A stretch of DNA of 64,000 nt. It comes from Thermoproteota archaeon. Its GTDB lineage: Archaea; Asgardarchaeota; Jordiarchaeia; Jordiarchaeales; Freyrarchaeaceae. The DNA lies in NCBI GenBank assembly GCA_029258835.1, contig JAPDJY010000039.1:99615-163614 (forward strand), read 5' to 3'. The position numbers were made by a program, and so were the translations under genes. Shown one piece after another: positions 19,767-29,194 of this stretch; the first letter of the stretch is position 1, and every line of letters starts with the position of its first letter. A model generated the notes under the pieces. The model saw only the letters and a program-made list of their open reading frames with translations, did not search any database and was not told the origin of the DNA.

Positions 19767-20574
19767 TTATGTTGAGGGCCATTACGTTTTGAAGGAAATT
19801 TCCTTTTCAATAAGTAAAGGGGAACTGGTATGTATAATGGGCGCTAATGGTGCGGGGAAAACTACGCTTATAAAGATAATTAGTGGTCTTCTAAAGCCGA
19901 CAAGGGGGAAAGTTTTCTTAGATGGAGTCGACGTGGGGCGCATCCCTCGAGAAGCTATTGTAAGAAAGATTGGAGTGGTTTTTCAGAACCCAGACCATCA
20001 GATTTTCTCTGAAACCGTTGAGGGAGAGGTCTCTTTCGCCCTTAAAAACGTTAGACTTGACGAGAGAGAGATTAAAGAAAAGGTTAAGGAAGCACTATAT
20101 GAACTTGGTATAGAGAAATACAGGTTTACATCACCTTTAACGTTAAGTGAAGGTGAAAGAAAGCTTGTTACCTTAGCATCGGTCATCGCCTTAGACCCTG
20201 AAATAATTATGTTAGATGAACCGACCGCCGGCCAGGATGGAGCGAATAAAAGAAAAATACAAGGTATTATAAGAAAAATGGTCGCTGAAGGAAGAACAGT
20301 AATCGTAGTCACACATGATGTTGAGTTCTGTGCGGAGCTATTACCTAGAGTAATGGTTATGGCTAAAGGGAGGTTAGTGGCTGACGGAGACGCCAGGGAC
20401 ATACTAACAAATTTTGAAATCCTAAGGGAAGCGCGTTTGAAACCTCCTGTAATGGTGGAGCTAGCAAAGAAGCTAGATGGAATGATCCGATTTGAAAAAA
20501 AACCTATTACGGTAGATGAGGCAGCAGAGTTAATTGCTGAAAAATTAGGGTGGCCACATTGCTGCAAGCCTTAG
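19738..20574 (+). CDS. ECF transporter ATPase subunit A'
   Basis: GANGAGKTT, VFQNPDHQ, LSEGE, LDEPTAGQD, THD. Confidence 0.92.
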   Translation: MIQVENVWYSYVEGHYVLKEISFSISKGELVCIMGANGAGKTTLIKIISGLLKPTRGKVFLDGVDVGRIPREAIVRKIGVVFQNPDHQIFSETVEGEVSFALKNVRLDEREIKEKVKEALYELGIEKYRFTSPLTLSEGERKLVTLASVIALDPEIIMLDEPTAGQDGANKRKIQGIIRKMVAEGRTVIVVTHDVEFCAELLPRVMVMAKGRLVADGDARDILTNFEILREARLKPPVMVELAKKLDGMIRFEKKPITVDEAAELIAEKLGWPHCCKP

Positions 20575-21311
20575 AGTACAAAACGAGGGAGAGTAGAATA
20601 CACGACCTTGATCCTCGAACGAAGATATGTTTCTCAGCAATGATCACTTTTTCCTCAATAATTTCGAAAGATCTTACTTTATTGATCGTTTTACAGGCGA
20701 TATCACTTATTCTGGCATGGTACGCTGGGGTTCTAAAGGCTATTTTAAAAGGCATAAAAAATTTCATTTACTTTTTAGTACTAATAGCGGTCATTAATAT
20801 CATGTTATTTTCGCTAGGCTTTTCATTGATAATGTTAATTAAGTTCCTTGTTATAATATCGGTGTTTTCGCTTTTCCTCATGGTTACACCTTCGGATCAG
20901 ATACTCCAAGTAATGGAATGGATGAAATTGCCTGTAGAAATCGTGATAGGGTTTTCCATAGCGTTTCGCTATGTTTCGATCATGGTTAGAGAGGCTAGGT
21001 TGATCCTTGATGCGCAAATGGCTAGGGGTCTTGATTTTCAAAAGGGAAGTATTATCAAGAAGATTAAAGGCTACGTGTACTTGTTGATCCCGTTGGTTGT
21101 ACTCTCTACTAGGAGGGCTGTTCGAATAGCGGAAAGCATGGAGGCTCGAGGGTTTGGTGCGAGAAAGAAGAGAACTCAACTCTACGAGCTTAAAATGAGA
21201 AGAAGAGACTACATGATAATAGCTTTGGTATGCTTGCTCTCTTCTTTAATCTTCTTGTTAGAGTTCAGCTTTGGCTTACCTCCATGGATGACAATTAACG
21301 TTCCACCATAA
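20550..21311 (+). CDS. ECF transporter transmembrane subunit T
   Basis: LDPRTK, AQMARG, AESMEARGF. Confidence 0.92.
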   Translation: MATLLQALEYKTRESRIHDLDPRTKICFSAMITFSSIISKDLTLLIVLQAISLILAWYAGVLKAILKGIKNFIYFLVLIAVINIMLFSLGFSLIMLIKFLVIISVFSLFLMVTPSDQILQVMEWMKLPVEIVIGFSIAFRYVSIMVREARLILDAQMARGLDFQKGSIIKKIKGYVYLLIPLVVLSTRRAVRIAESMEARGFGARKKRTQLYELKMRRRDYMIIALVCLLSSLIFLLEFSFGLPPWMTINVPP

Positions 21312-21335
21312 ATAAATATAAATAAATGAAATGGT

Positions 21336-22034
21336 TTAGAAGAAGGATAATTTGATAGTTTTCGTTTTTCTATCTGCCCACCTAGCCTTTCCAGCCTTAA
21401 CTAAGCTCTTAATTATCGTCTCCAATTCCTCCTGTGGAAGCGTACTGAAGTCCTCTTTAACATTAACTAAATCCGTAAGGCTTAAGTATTCGATTCCCAA
21501 GCTGACAGCCCACTTCCACACTATATCTTGCCATTCTTTAAGAGTTCTCCAGTATATCCGGATTAAAGTTTTTTCTTTATCCCACCATTTACACCACTTC
21601 TTAACACACATGTAATTGAGGATATCTCTTAAATCATCCTCAGAAAGCTTTCTGAACGGATTCTTGGAGATGAGATCATTAACCCCTATGAGGTGTATCA
21701 CCATAGCCTTCGCCCATTGGAGGGTGTATTTAGCCCAATCCTCCCTCCAAGACTGAAGAAAACGCTCATCCGATGGTTTAACGAACATCCATGGACGGTT
21801 AATCCACTCTGGAAGAGGGGGCTCACGTGATTTTTCTTCAGCACGTACAATAGGTTTACCTAGCAGGCTAGACTCCACTTCGGATATTCGCTGCATAATT
21901 ACTTCGATTTCATCTGCAGGGGGCGATTTCTCAGCATACTCTACGCTTCCTTCGGGTATAGCGGGTATATCCTCTTCTTTCTCCTTTGTTTTCTGTAATG
22001 ACTTCTTTTTTAAGCTCTTCTCCAAGGAGTACAC
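21336..22034 (-). CDS. ESCRT-II Vps25-like tandem winged-helix protein with a charged N-terminal extension
   Basis: EWINRPWMFVKP (cf. Vps25 PPFFTLQP), W...W helix, IYWRTLKEWQDIVWKW (cf. IYWRRPEEW..LIY.W), LVKAGKA; directly downstream of Vps4. Confidence 0.75.
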   Translation of the reverse strand: MYSLEKSLKKKSLQKTKEKEEDIPAIPEGSVEYAEKSPPADEIEVIMQRISEVESSLLGKPIVRAEEKSREPPLPEWINRPWMFVKPSDERFLQSWREDWAKYTLQWAKAMVIHLIGVNDLISKNPFRKLSEDDLRDILNYMCVKKWCKWWDKEKTLIRIYWRTLKEWQDIVWKWAVSLGIEYLSLTDLVNVKEDFSTLPQEELETIIKSLVKAGKARWADRKTKTIKLSFF

Positions 22035-22051
22035 GCTCCAAAAACACTCTT

Positions 22052-23218
22052 TTAGTCCACAGCAAATTCTTCAGCCCACTCTTTGAAGCGTGTTATTTCA
22101 GAGGGAGATACTGAGGGCTTAACGATCTTCATTGCTTTAAGAAAGTCATCACGCATAACCGGGCGAATTTTCACGTCGTTCTTTGTTAGCATGCCCGCCT
22201 CATCAAGTTCTCTTATGGGCATCATGAGAGCCTCACGGCATAAAACAGCTATGTCTGCTCCAGAGTAGCCCTCGGTAAGCTTTGCTAACTCGTCGAAATC
22301 CACGTCTTCAGCTAGCTCGACCCCTCTAGTGTGGATCTTAAAGATTTCACGTCGAGCGTCCAGCTCAGGCAAGCCAACATAAATACGTTTTTCAAACCGT
22401 CTACGTACTGCCGGGTCAAGCTCCCAGGGAACGTTGGTGGCACCTAACACTACAACGCGATCTTTATCAGAGGACTTTACACCGTCCATTTCCTGCATAA
22501 ATTGAGTTTTAAGGCGCCGTTCACCGCCGACCTCGTCGCGATCTCTGGCGGTAGCGATGCTGTCAACTTCATCTATGAAAACGATGGCGGGCTGGTTGTT
22601 TCGTGCAGCCTTAAAAAGCTCTCTAACCAGTTTTTCGGACTCACCAAGCCACTTACTAACTAAAGTTGCCGCGGAAACGTTAAAGAAAGCCGCATTAACT
22701 TCTGAGGCAACAGCTTTTGCAAGGAGAGTTTTTCCACATCCAGGAGGGCCGAAGAGGAGGATGCCCTTCCACGGCCTCCTAGCACCCTTGAAAAGGTCGG
22801 GGCGCAACATAGGAAGGATTATGGCTTCCCGCAATGCTTTCTTTGCAGCATCGAGATTAGCCACATCACTCCATTTTACGTTGGGTTTTTCGATAACGAC
22901 CGTGTCTGCGATAGCATCAGCTAATTCTCCACCTTCAACGCTGCCAGCCATCTTGCTTTCGCTTACTCTTGGAGTTAAACGGGAACGTTGCGGTTTAGCA
23001 AGTGCTGCCTTGATCTGTTTGCATCGGTTAACGTATTTTCGCGCCCTTTCAAAGTAGGTCTCCTTAAGCTGAGGGTTCTTAGTTAACTGAATGCATTTGT
23101 AAAGGATTTCAGCTGCTTGTAGGTACTGCTGATATGCTTGCCTGTAGTTTCCCCGCCGGTCATTTTTCGTTGCTTCCGTAGCTATTTCTATGGCAATTCT
23201 GAAAAGCTTTTCAGCCAT
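22052..23218 (-). CDS. vps4: Vps4/CdvC-like AAA+ ATPase with an N-terminal MIT domain
   Basis: MIT (ATKNDRRGNYRQAYQQY), EKPNVKWSDVA, RRPWKGILLFGPPGCGKT, SKWLGESEKLV, RRRFEKRIY, PSVS. Confidence 0.92.
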   Translation of the reverse strand: MAEKLFRIAIEIATEATKNDRRGNYRQAYQQYLQAAEILYKCIQLTKNPQLKETYFERARKYVNRCKQIKAALAKPQRSRLTPRVSESKMAGSVEGGELADAIADTVVIEKPNVKWSDVANLDAAKKALREAIILPMLRPDLFKGARRPWKGILLFGPPGCGKTLLAKAVASEVNAAFFNVSAATLVSKWLGESEKLVRELFKAARNNQPAIVFIDEVDSIATARDRDEVGGERRLKTQFMQEMDGVKSSDKDRVVVLGATNVPWELDPAVRRRFEKRIYVGLPELDARREIFKIHTRGVELAEDVDFDELAKLTEGYSGADIAVLCREALMMPIRELDEAGMLTKNDVKIRPVMRDDFLKAMKIVKPSVSPSEITRFKEWAEEFAVD

Positions 23219-23387
23219 TAATCCACAACTCCTTTAGATGAGACAGGAAAGAAACGCTCTTCCACCATCTTACGTATAGAGAGAAAAGATATATTTACTT
23301 TTGTTAGTGCAAAAGCTCTTTTTAAAAAGAGGGGGAAAGTGAATGTGGAAATGTTTTCTCGATCTCCCCTTTTCGAGGAAGCTTTAG

Positions 23388-24041
23388 TTAGGAGCGATGT
23401 TTTTCTGTCAGGTGCCGCCACGCGTAATATCCTCTCTGGAGAACAGTTAGATGTGATATGACAGCTATAAGAATTACTGCGAAATCGATCAGAGGCAAAG
23501 TTATAGCGTTGTTGAAGAGCGCTCCTTGTAGGAATGTTGCGCCTCCTAAGATAAGTAAGCGTTCTGGCCTTTCAGCGATCCCTATCCCCATTTTACTTAC
23601 TCCTGCAGCTTCGCCTCTAGCTCTAGCATAACTCACCAGTAAAGAGCCTGAGAGAGCTATTACCCCCCAGAGAAGGGAGCAGTAACCCATACATATAAGA
23701 GATATAAGGAAGATAACTTCAGCGTAACGATCTAGTACCGAGTCGAAGAAGCCTCCAAAAGCGGTTACTAGCCCGCCCAGCCTTGCAACTAAGCCGTCTA
23801 AAAGGTCGCATAAGCCAGAGGCTAATATTAAGATGCTTGCAGTTATGAGACGGTTGCCTTCACCGAGGAGAACCAGAAGGTCTAAACGTCCTCCAACGAT
23901 GAACATGGCTGAGAGGATGGAAGCAATAAAACCGGTAATGGTTATGTGATTTGGAGTTACACCGAAGCGAAGTAACATTCCTGCTACAGGCTTAAAAAAT
24001 GAAGATAAGGCTTCTTTGAACTTGCTCAGCATAGCCGGCAC
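23388..24041 (-). CDS. CDP-alcohol phosphatidyltransferase (archaetidylinositol phosphate synthase-like)
   Basis: TPNHIT, DLLDGLVAR...GGFFDSVLDRYAE, SYARARGE, ERPER. Confidence 0.92.
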   Translation of the reverse strand: MPAMLSKFKEALSSFFKPVAGMLLRFGVTPNHITITGFIASILSAMFIVGGRLDLLVLLGEGNRLITASILILASGLCDLLDGLVARLGGLVTAFGGFFDSVLDRYAEVIFLISLICMGYCSLLWGVIALSGSLLVSYARARGEAAGVSKMGIGIAERPERLLILGGATFLQGALFNNAITLPLIDFAVILIAVISHLTVLQRGYYAWRHLTEKHRS

Positions 24042-24094
24042 CTCATCCTTCTTTAATAAAAAGAGGCGTTTTAAAAGCTATGGTAGAACATTCT

Positions 24095-25729
24095 TTATTC
24101 CGCAGCATCCTTAAGTCGCTGTACAAGCCAATCTTTGTCTAGTAATGTGATAAACGACGCAAGCCGAGGGCCATACCTTCTGCCAAGAAGGACTAAGTAA
24201 ATGGTTTCAAAAAATAAACGTGAACCTAAACCGCTTTCCTCCTTAGCAAGCTTATAAAGCTCCTGCTCCAGCTCGCTTTCGGTGAACGACTTGGAGCTGA
24301 GACGTTGAGCTAAAAGCTTGAGAGCGTGCTTCTGCCCGTCTGTCAAGTTCTTCTTAATATCTTCGGGAAGCGTAGTAAGAACACGGATTTTCACCCTTTC
24401 AGGGGCATACTTTTTGAGCCAATTTTCCGCCCTTCTAAGCCGCCCTTCGATCCTCCTCAATTCAAAATCATTTAGATCTCTAACAAGCAAACCCGTGTTT
24501 TTAAGGCGTTCAATAGCCGTCTGGAGAAGGAAGTCCTTCGGTAGCACCTGGACTAAAGTTACAGCATGACTATATTTAAGCTGAAACGGCATGATCTCTG
24601 GGATCTCGCCCATCTGAGCTAGTTCGTAGCTTCTCACTATTTCAAAACGCTCTTTGTCCTGCTCTACGTCTTCTACTCCATAAAAAACGCGTTCTGCATG
24701 ATCATAAATGTCAGAGTAGTCAGGTATCTTAAGAGGGTCAATTATTATGCGTTTCATCGGTTTATTTTTCAAGCAGAGATACCTAAAAACTTCCGGCTCA
24801 GCCACAGACACCCAATCCTCAGGGGTAATCCCTTTAAAGTCACTGGAACCCATGTCGCCTAACTCTTTTCCGCCGTAAGCTAAGGCAACCCATTCGTAGG
24901 GAAGCCCATAGGGAGGCTTACCATTAAAGAATTCTCGCATGAGTTCAACGCAGCTATCCCTAGAGCCGCCAGGAGTTGCATGGTCTTTCCCGTAGGGTTC
25001 AAACTTAACATTCAAGGCAACCCATAAGGCAGCCCATTCCACCCTCCAGTTAAGCTTTCCCAACTCTATCCTTGACCAGCCGTGATCTCCGCAAGCGCCA
25101 CACACGTATTCGACTCTATACGAATTAAGGTCAACGTTCAAGATGCGATGTGAACCAATAACCTTACACTTGTTACAGAGGGGTTCAAATGGAACCCATC
25201 CTTCAGGGTGGGGTTTCCTCCCGCGATACTTGTTAATAATTCTTCTGACATCATCTGACCGCAGAAACACTTCCTTAACGATTGCTCTCATGGATTCTCT
25301 TCTATAAAGCTCCGTCGTAGTGACAACGTGGACGTCTAATGCAAAATCATCGAGATAAGCGCCAAACGGCTCCCAGAAGTGGGTAACCCAATCATCATGA
25401 CATCCAAAGGGATCAGGTATATCTATTAAGCGGTGACCAACCAGCGACTTAGCAAACTCTTTATCGGGAAAAATTTCAACTTGGGGAGGTTTGCCCTTCC
25501 ATTGATCTTGCGTGTAAAGGACCAGTACATGTTCAGCGTTCACTCCCTTCTTTAGCAGCTCTTCCTTAACGGTATTAGTAAGAATTATTTCGCCGCGGAG
25601 GCGGCCTATGTGCTGGAGGCCGGATACTGAAAGGCCACAGCTGCAAACATAATTTTCTACTTTACCCCAGTAATTGAGTAGTTCTTCAACAGCATCATCA
25701 ACCCAATGATGGAAGACCTTCTTAGTCAA
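24095..25729 (-). CDS. lysS: Lysyl-tRNA synthetase, class I
   Basis: HHW, SGLQHIG, GKLNWRVEW, EPYGKDH, MGSS, GPRLA. Confidence 0.95.
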   Translation of the reverse strand: MTKKVFHHWVDDAVEELLNYWGKVENYVCSCGLSVSGLQHIGRLRGEIILTNTVKEELLKKGVNAEHVLVLYTQDQWKGKPPQVEIFPDKEFAKSLVGHRLIDIPDPFGCHDDWVTHFWEPFGAYLDDFALDVHVVTTTELYRRESMRAIVKEVFLRSDDVRRIINKYRGRKPHPEGWVPFEPLCNKCKVIGSHRILNVDLNSYRVEYVCGACGDHGWSRIELGKLNWRVEWAALWVALNVKFEPYGKDHATPGGSRDSCVELMREFFNGKPPYGLPYEWVALAYGGKELGDMGSSDFKGITPEDWVSVAEPEVFRYLCLKNKPMKRIIIDPLKIPDYSDIYDHAERVFYGVEDVEQDKERFEIVRSYELAQMGEIPEIMPFQLKYSHAVTLVQVLPKDFLLQTAIERLKNTGLLVRDLNDFELRRIEGRLRRAENWLKKYAPERVKIRVLTTLPEDIKKNLTDGQKHALKLLAQRLSSKSFTESELEQELYKLAKEESGLGSRLFFETIYLVLLGRRYGPRLASFITLLDKDWLVQRLKDAAE

Positions 25730-25994
25730 CTAAGCTCTCCTCCCAGAGAATTTAAAGGGAACTTTAAGAGGAAGGCAAGACTCGCCGATTAACTGAGGGA
25801 TTTGCTAAGCCATAAAAGAAAAGAAACTTAAATAAATGTATATCTCATTTTACCCCAAATTAACTTCATGAGGCATAAAAATCGGCCTTCAGCAAGCTTT
25901 TTCTAAGACATAACGGGAGCTTATTCAACGTACATACTCCTTTAATTTAATTTAGATGGCTTAAGCGCTCCTGTGAATGGCCGTATTTATCATA

Positions 25995-27173
25995 TCACCG
26001 AATATAGGGAGCACCTTCTAAGGAGTGAGCAACCCTTAACTCATGTAACTTCTCTTCAATAATCGAAAGAAGCGAGGATACGTCTTTTTTCTTAGCAGAG
26101 GTAAACGTCCATTTGAAATGGTTTAGTAAAGGAGACAGGAGGAAAGTTAACTGTAGCTTTCCATTGCTATCAAGCAAATCAGCTTTGTTCAGCGCAACTA
26201 CCATCCGAGATTCGCTCACACCTATCTCTTTAAGAATGGCAAGCGACTCCTTAAGTTTAAGGTAAACGATGTCTGAGGGGTTGTCCAATCCGACAACTAG
26301 AACAACTAGATCCGCGGTTTTTAAATCCAGCAGGTTTAATTTAAACGAATCGATGAGCATAGGGTCCAAGTCAAGTACAAAACCAATTGTATCCACAAAG
26401 AAGATCTTCTGACTTGACAAGCCGTTAAGTTGATATTTGCTTGAAAGTGTTGTGAAGGGAAAATCACATACAGGCCTATTTTCACCACAAAGTACGTTAA
26501 AGAGAGAGGACTTACCTGCATTGTACATTCCACTCAGCACAACGGTAGGAATACCAAGCTTCGAACGCCTCTTAATCTGCTGCAATTTCTCCCATGCAAG
26601 TCGGTCTATCTCTTGCCTAATGCGTTTCTCTCTCTTTTTGATCGCGTTAAGTTCACTATGAAATGCATACTCCCCCATAGATCGGAAGAATGGGTGTTCA
26701 CGCCTGTACTTAAGTGAAGCTTGAAGTTTAAGAAACGGAGCAAGTTTCCTAAGCCGTGCATATTCAATTTGTAACTTAGAAACTTTATCCCCTGCGGATG
26801 CATCAAAAATTAGAAGGGTAAGCTCGTACCTATCAAGCACGTCACATTCTAAGACATTCGAAATTGCCAATTTCTGGCGGCTAGAAAGAGAATTGTAAAA
26901 AATTACATGACCAGCCCGGTGGAGCTTCACAAGTTTCTTAAGCTCCTCAACCTTGCCTCTACCAATTAAAAAATTAGATTTAGGCTTAAGCCTGGTCTGA
27001 ACAATGCGATCGACTATTTCAAAACCAGCAGCTACAGCCAGCCTTTCAAGCTCATCCAAATAGACCTTAAACAGGAAGTGGTCATGTGGATTGGTCTTCA
27101 ACATGCAAAGGATGGCACGCTGACTTCTACCATGCGTAATCCCTTCACACCAAGGCATAGCCACACCATCCAT
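25995..27173 (-). CDS. hflX: HflX-like GTPase (divergent; start uncertain)
   Basis: IGRGKVEE, KLQIEYARL, GMYNAGKSSL, FTTL, DTIGF, NKAD. Confidence 0.85.
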   Translation of the reverse strand: MDGVAMPWCEGITHGRSQRAILCMLKTNPHDHFLFKVYLDELERLAVAAGFEIVDRIVQTRLKPKSNFLIGRGKVEELKKLVKLHRAGHVIFYNSLSSRQKLAISNVLECDVLDRYELTLLIFDASAGDKVSKLQIEYARLRKLAPFLKLQASLKYRREHPFFRSMGEYAFHSELNAIKKREKRIRQEIDRLAWEKLQQIKRRSKLGIPTVVLSGMYNAGKSSLFNVLCGENRPVCDFPFTTLSSKYQLNGLSSQKIFFVDTIGFVLDLDPMLIDSFKLNLLDLKTADLVVLVVGLDNPSDIVYLKLKESLAILKEIGVSESRMVVALNKADLLDSNGKLQLTFLLSPLLNHFKWTFTSAKKKDVSSLLSIIEEKLHELRVAHSLEGAPYIR

Positions 27174-27430
27174 AAATACACAGAAAAATTAAGAAAATAA
27201 AAACATGCCGAGTCATAAGCCCCGCAAAGGTAAAAAACGATAACAAGCATCTAAAAATGAACAACCTTAACATTTTGTTAAAAAAGGAAAATAGCCAACA
27301 TAGGCCAACCCTCACGAAAACGAAGGGCCACCACCTAAAACTTAACAAGTAAACTTTAAAGGTAGAACCGCCTTATTTAAAAACAAGAATGCTAACGATC
27401 ATTTGTAAAGAACATCAAGAGGCAAACTAA

Positions 27431-27844
27431 ATGAACAAGGAAGTTTTAGAAGAGTTCAAAGAAACGCTTGATGAATTAAAAGAATACTCGAAGATGGGGA
27501 TACCGATAATAGTCGAAGGGCAAAAGGACGAAGCAAGCCTTAGGGAGATAGGGATCACCGGGCCAATAATAACGATTTCAGGGATGAAATTATTGGAAAT
27601 AGCAGAAATGCTTGAAAAAGAGGAAATCATAGTCCTCACAGACTTCGACAGAAGAGGAGATAAAATGGCATTAACAATCCTCTCCTACAGGGTAGGAGAC
27701 AGTACACTCACAAAGTACTTCAGAAGTAAAATAAGAAAGTTAAAAGCACACATAACACCATGCGTGGAGGGGTTCGCTAAAACATACCTCAAAGCATGTA
27801 GAATGGAAAAAACATACAAGAACCCGTTTAGAAGGTTAAATTAG
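27431..27844 (+). CDS. Stand-alone Toprim domain protein
   Basis: IIVEGQKD, IVLTDFDRRG. Confidence 0.9.
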   Translation: MNKEVLEEFKETLDELKEYSKMGIPIIVEGQKDEASLREIGITGPIITISGMKLLEIAEMLEKEEIIVLTDFDRRGDKMALTILSYRVGDSTLTKYFRSKIRKLKAHITPCVEGFAKTYLKACRMEKTYKNPFRRLN

Positions 27845-27957
27845 GAACAAAAAATAGGAGGCTTTCATCTAAAAGAGAGTTAAGAGCACTAGTTAGTTAC
27901 CGTCCACTCAATCATTTCCCAATAGGGTTATGTGTTAAATTGGGAGGTGAAGTTCAC

Positions 27958-29176
27958 ATGGCTAATCGAAATGAAGTTGGAACAATAAAGTACATTATAA
28001 AGGCGAAGATAGAAGTAAACGGGGTGGTCGAGAAGCCTGACGTTATAGGCGCGATTTTTGGTCAAGTACGTTGAGCTCACCGCTCACGTAGACCAATTAG
28101 AGGGGCTTCTCGGCTCTGAATTAGACCTTCGAGAGTTGCAACGTACGGGTAGGATAGGTAGGATAAGAGCGAACATTGAGACGCACGGTGGGAAATCTGT
28201 AGGTGAGATTATTATTCCATCAAGTTTGGATAAGGTTGAAACAGCCATCCTTGCTGCGGCGCTTGAAACTATTGATAGAATTGGGCCGTGTAGTGCGAAG
28301 GTAAGTTTTGAGGCAATTGAAGACGTGAGGGAGAGTAAACGCAAGAAGATTATTGAGAGAGCGGTAGAAATTCTTAGGAGGTGGCCTGAGGAGGTTGCCC
28401 CTGAAACGGAGCAAATAATGAATAAGGTAATTGAGGCTGTGCGCGTTGAGGAAATTTGTAAGTATGGTAAGGAAGGGTTGCCGGCTGGGCCTGAAATAGA
28501 TTCTGCTGATGAGGTTATAGTAGTCGAGGGAAGGGCAGACGTGTTAAACATGTTGAAGTATGGTTTTAAAAATGTCATTGCAGTGGAGGGAACCAGCATA
28601 CCGAGAACTATAGTGGAACTTAGTAAAAGAAAAACTATTACAGCATTTCTTGATGGGGATAGGGGCGGGGATTTGATTTTGAAGGAGCTTCTTCAGGTTG
28701 CAGAGGTCGATTATGTTGCTAGGGCTCCACTGGGGAGGGAGGTGGAGGATCTTAGTTTTAAGGAGATTATGAAGGCGTTGAATAACAAGCTTCCCGTTGA
28801 GCAGGCGGTGGAACATGAGGCAGTAAAAAGGAGAGAGGAGAGGAAGCCTTTAATGGTAAGAAGGGGCATTAGACAGGTTCCCCATGAGATCTTGGAGCAC
28901 GCTAGGCGGATTTTTGGTTCAGGTAAGGCGGTTATTTTGGGAGAGCAGTTTAATGTTGTTGCGGAGGTCGACGTATCAGAGCTTGCAGAATACCTTAAGA
29001 GCATGGATGGGAGAGCTGAAGCAGTTATTCTTGATGGAATAGCAACCCAGAGGCTTGTTGACATCTCTCAGGAGAGGGGAATACAGTGGCTCGTCAGCGT
29101 CAGACAGGAAAACATCGTTAAAAAGCCCCCCGACCTTAAAATATTAGAGTTTAACGAAATATTAGGGCATGATTGA
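27958..29176 (+). CDS. dnaG: Archaeal DnaG (primase-like, exosome-associated), spliced: exon 1 27958-28065, exon 2 28097-29176, 395 aa
   Basis: ATG 27958 after GGAGGTGA. Exon 1 encodes KYIIKAKIEVNGVVEKPDVIGAIFGQ; exon 2 encodes LEGLLGSELDLRELQRTGRIGRI, VEGRADV and DGDRGG. Confidence 0.93.
28066..28096 (+). other. Candidate BHB intron (31 nt) in dnaG mRNA
   Basis: GGTC AA|G TACG-T-TGAGC-TCACC-GCTCA-CGTA GACC AA|T; perfect GGTC/GACC central helix; in-frame TGA inside. Confidence 0.9.
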
Positions 29177-29194
29177 AGGGAGTGTAGATGGAAA

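Noticed and set aside
28058-28096. ORF-track dnaG start MVKYVELTAHVDQ
   Set aside because: This is mostly translated intron; the conserved N-terminus starts at 27958 in another frame.
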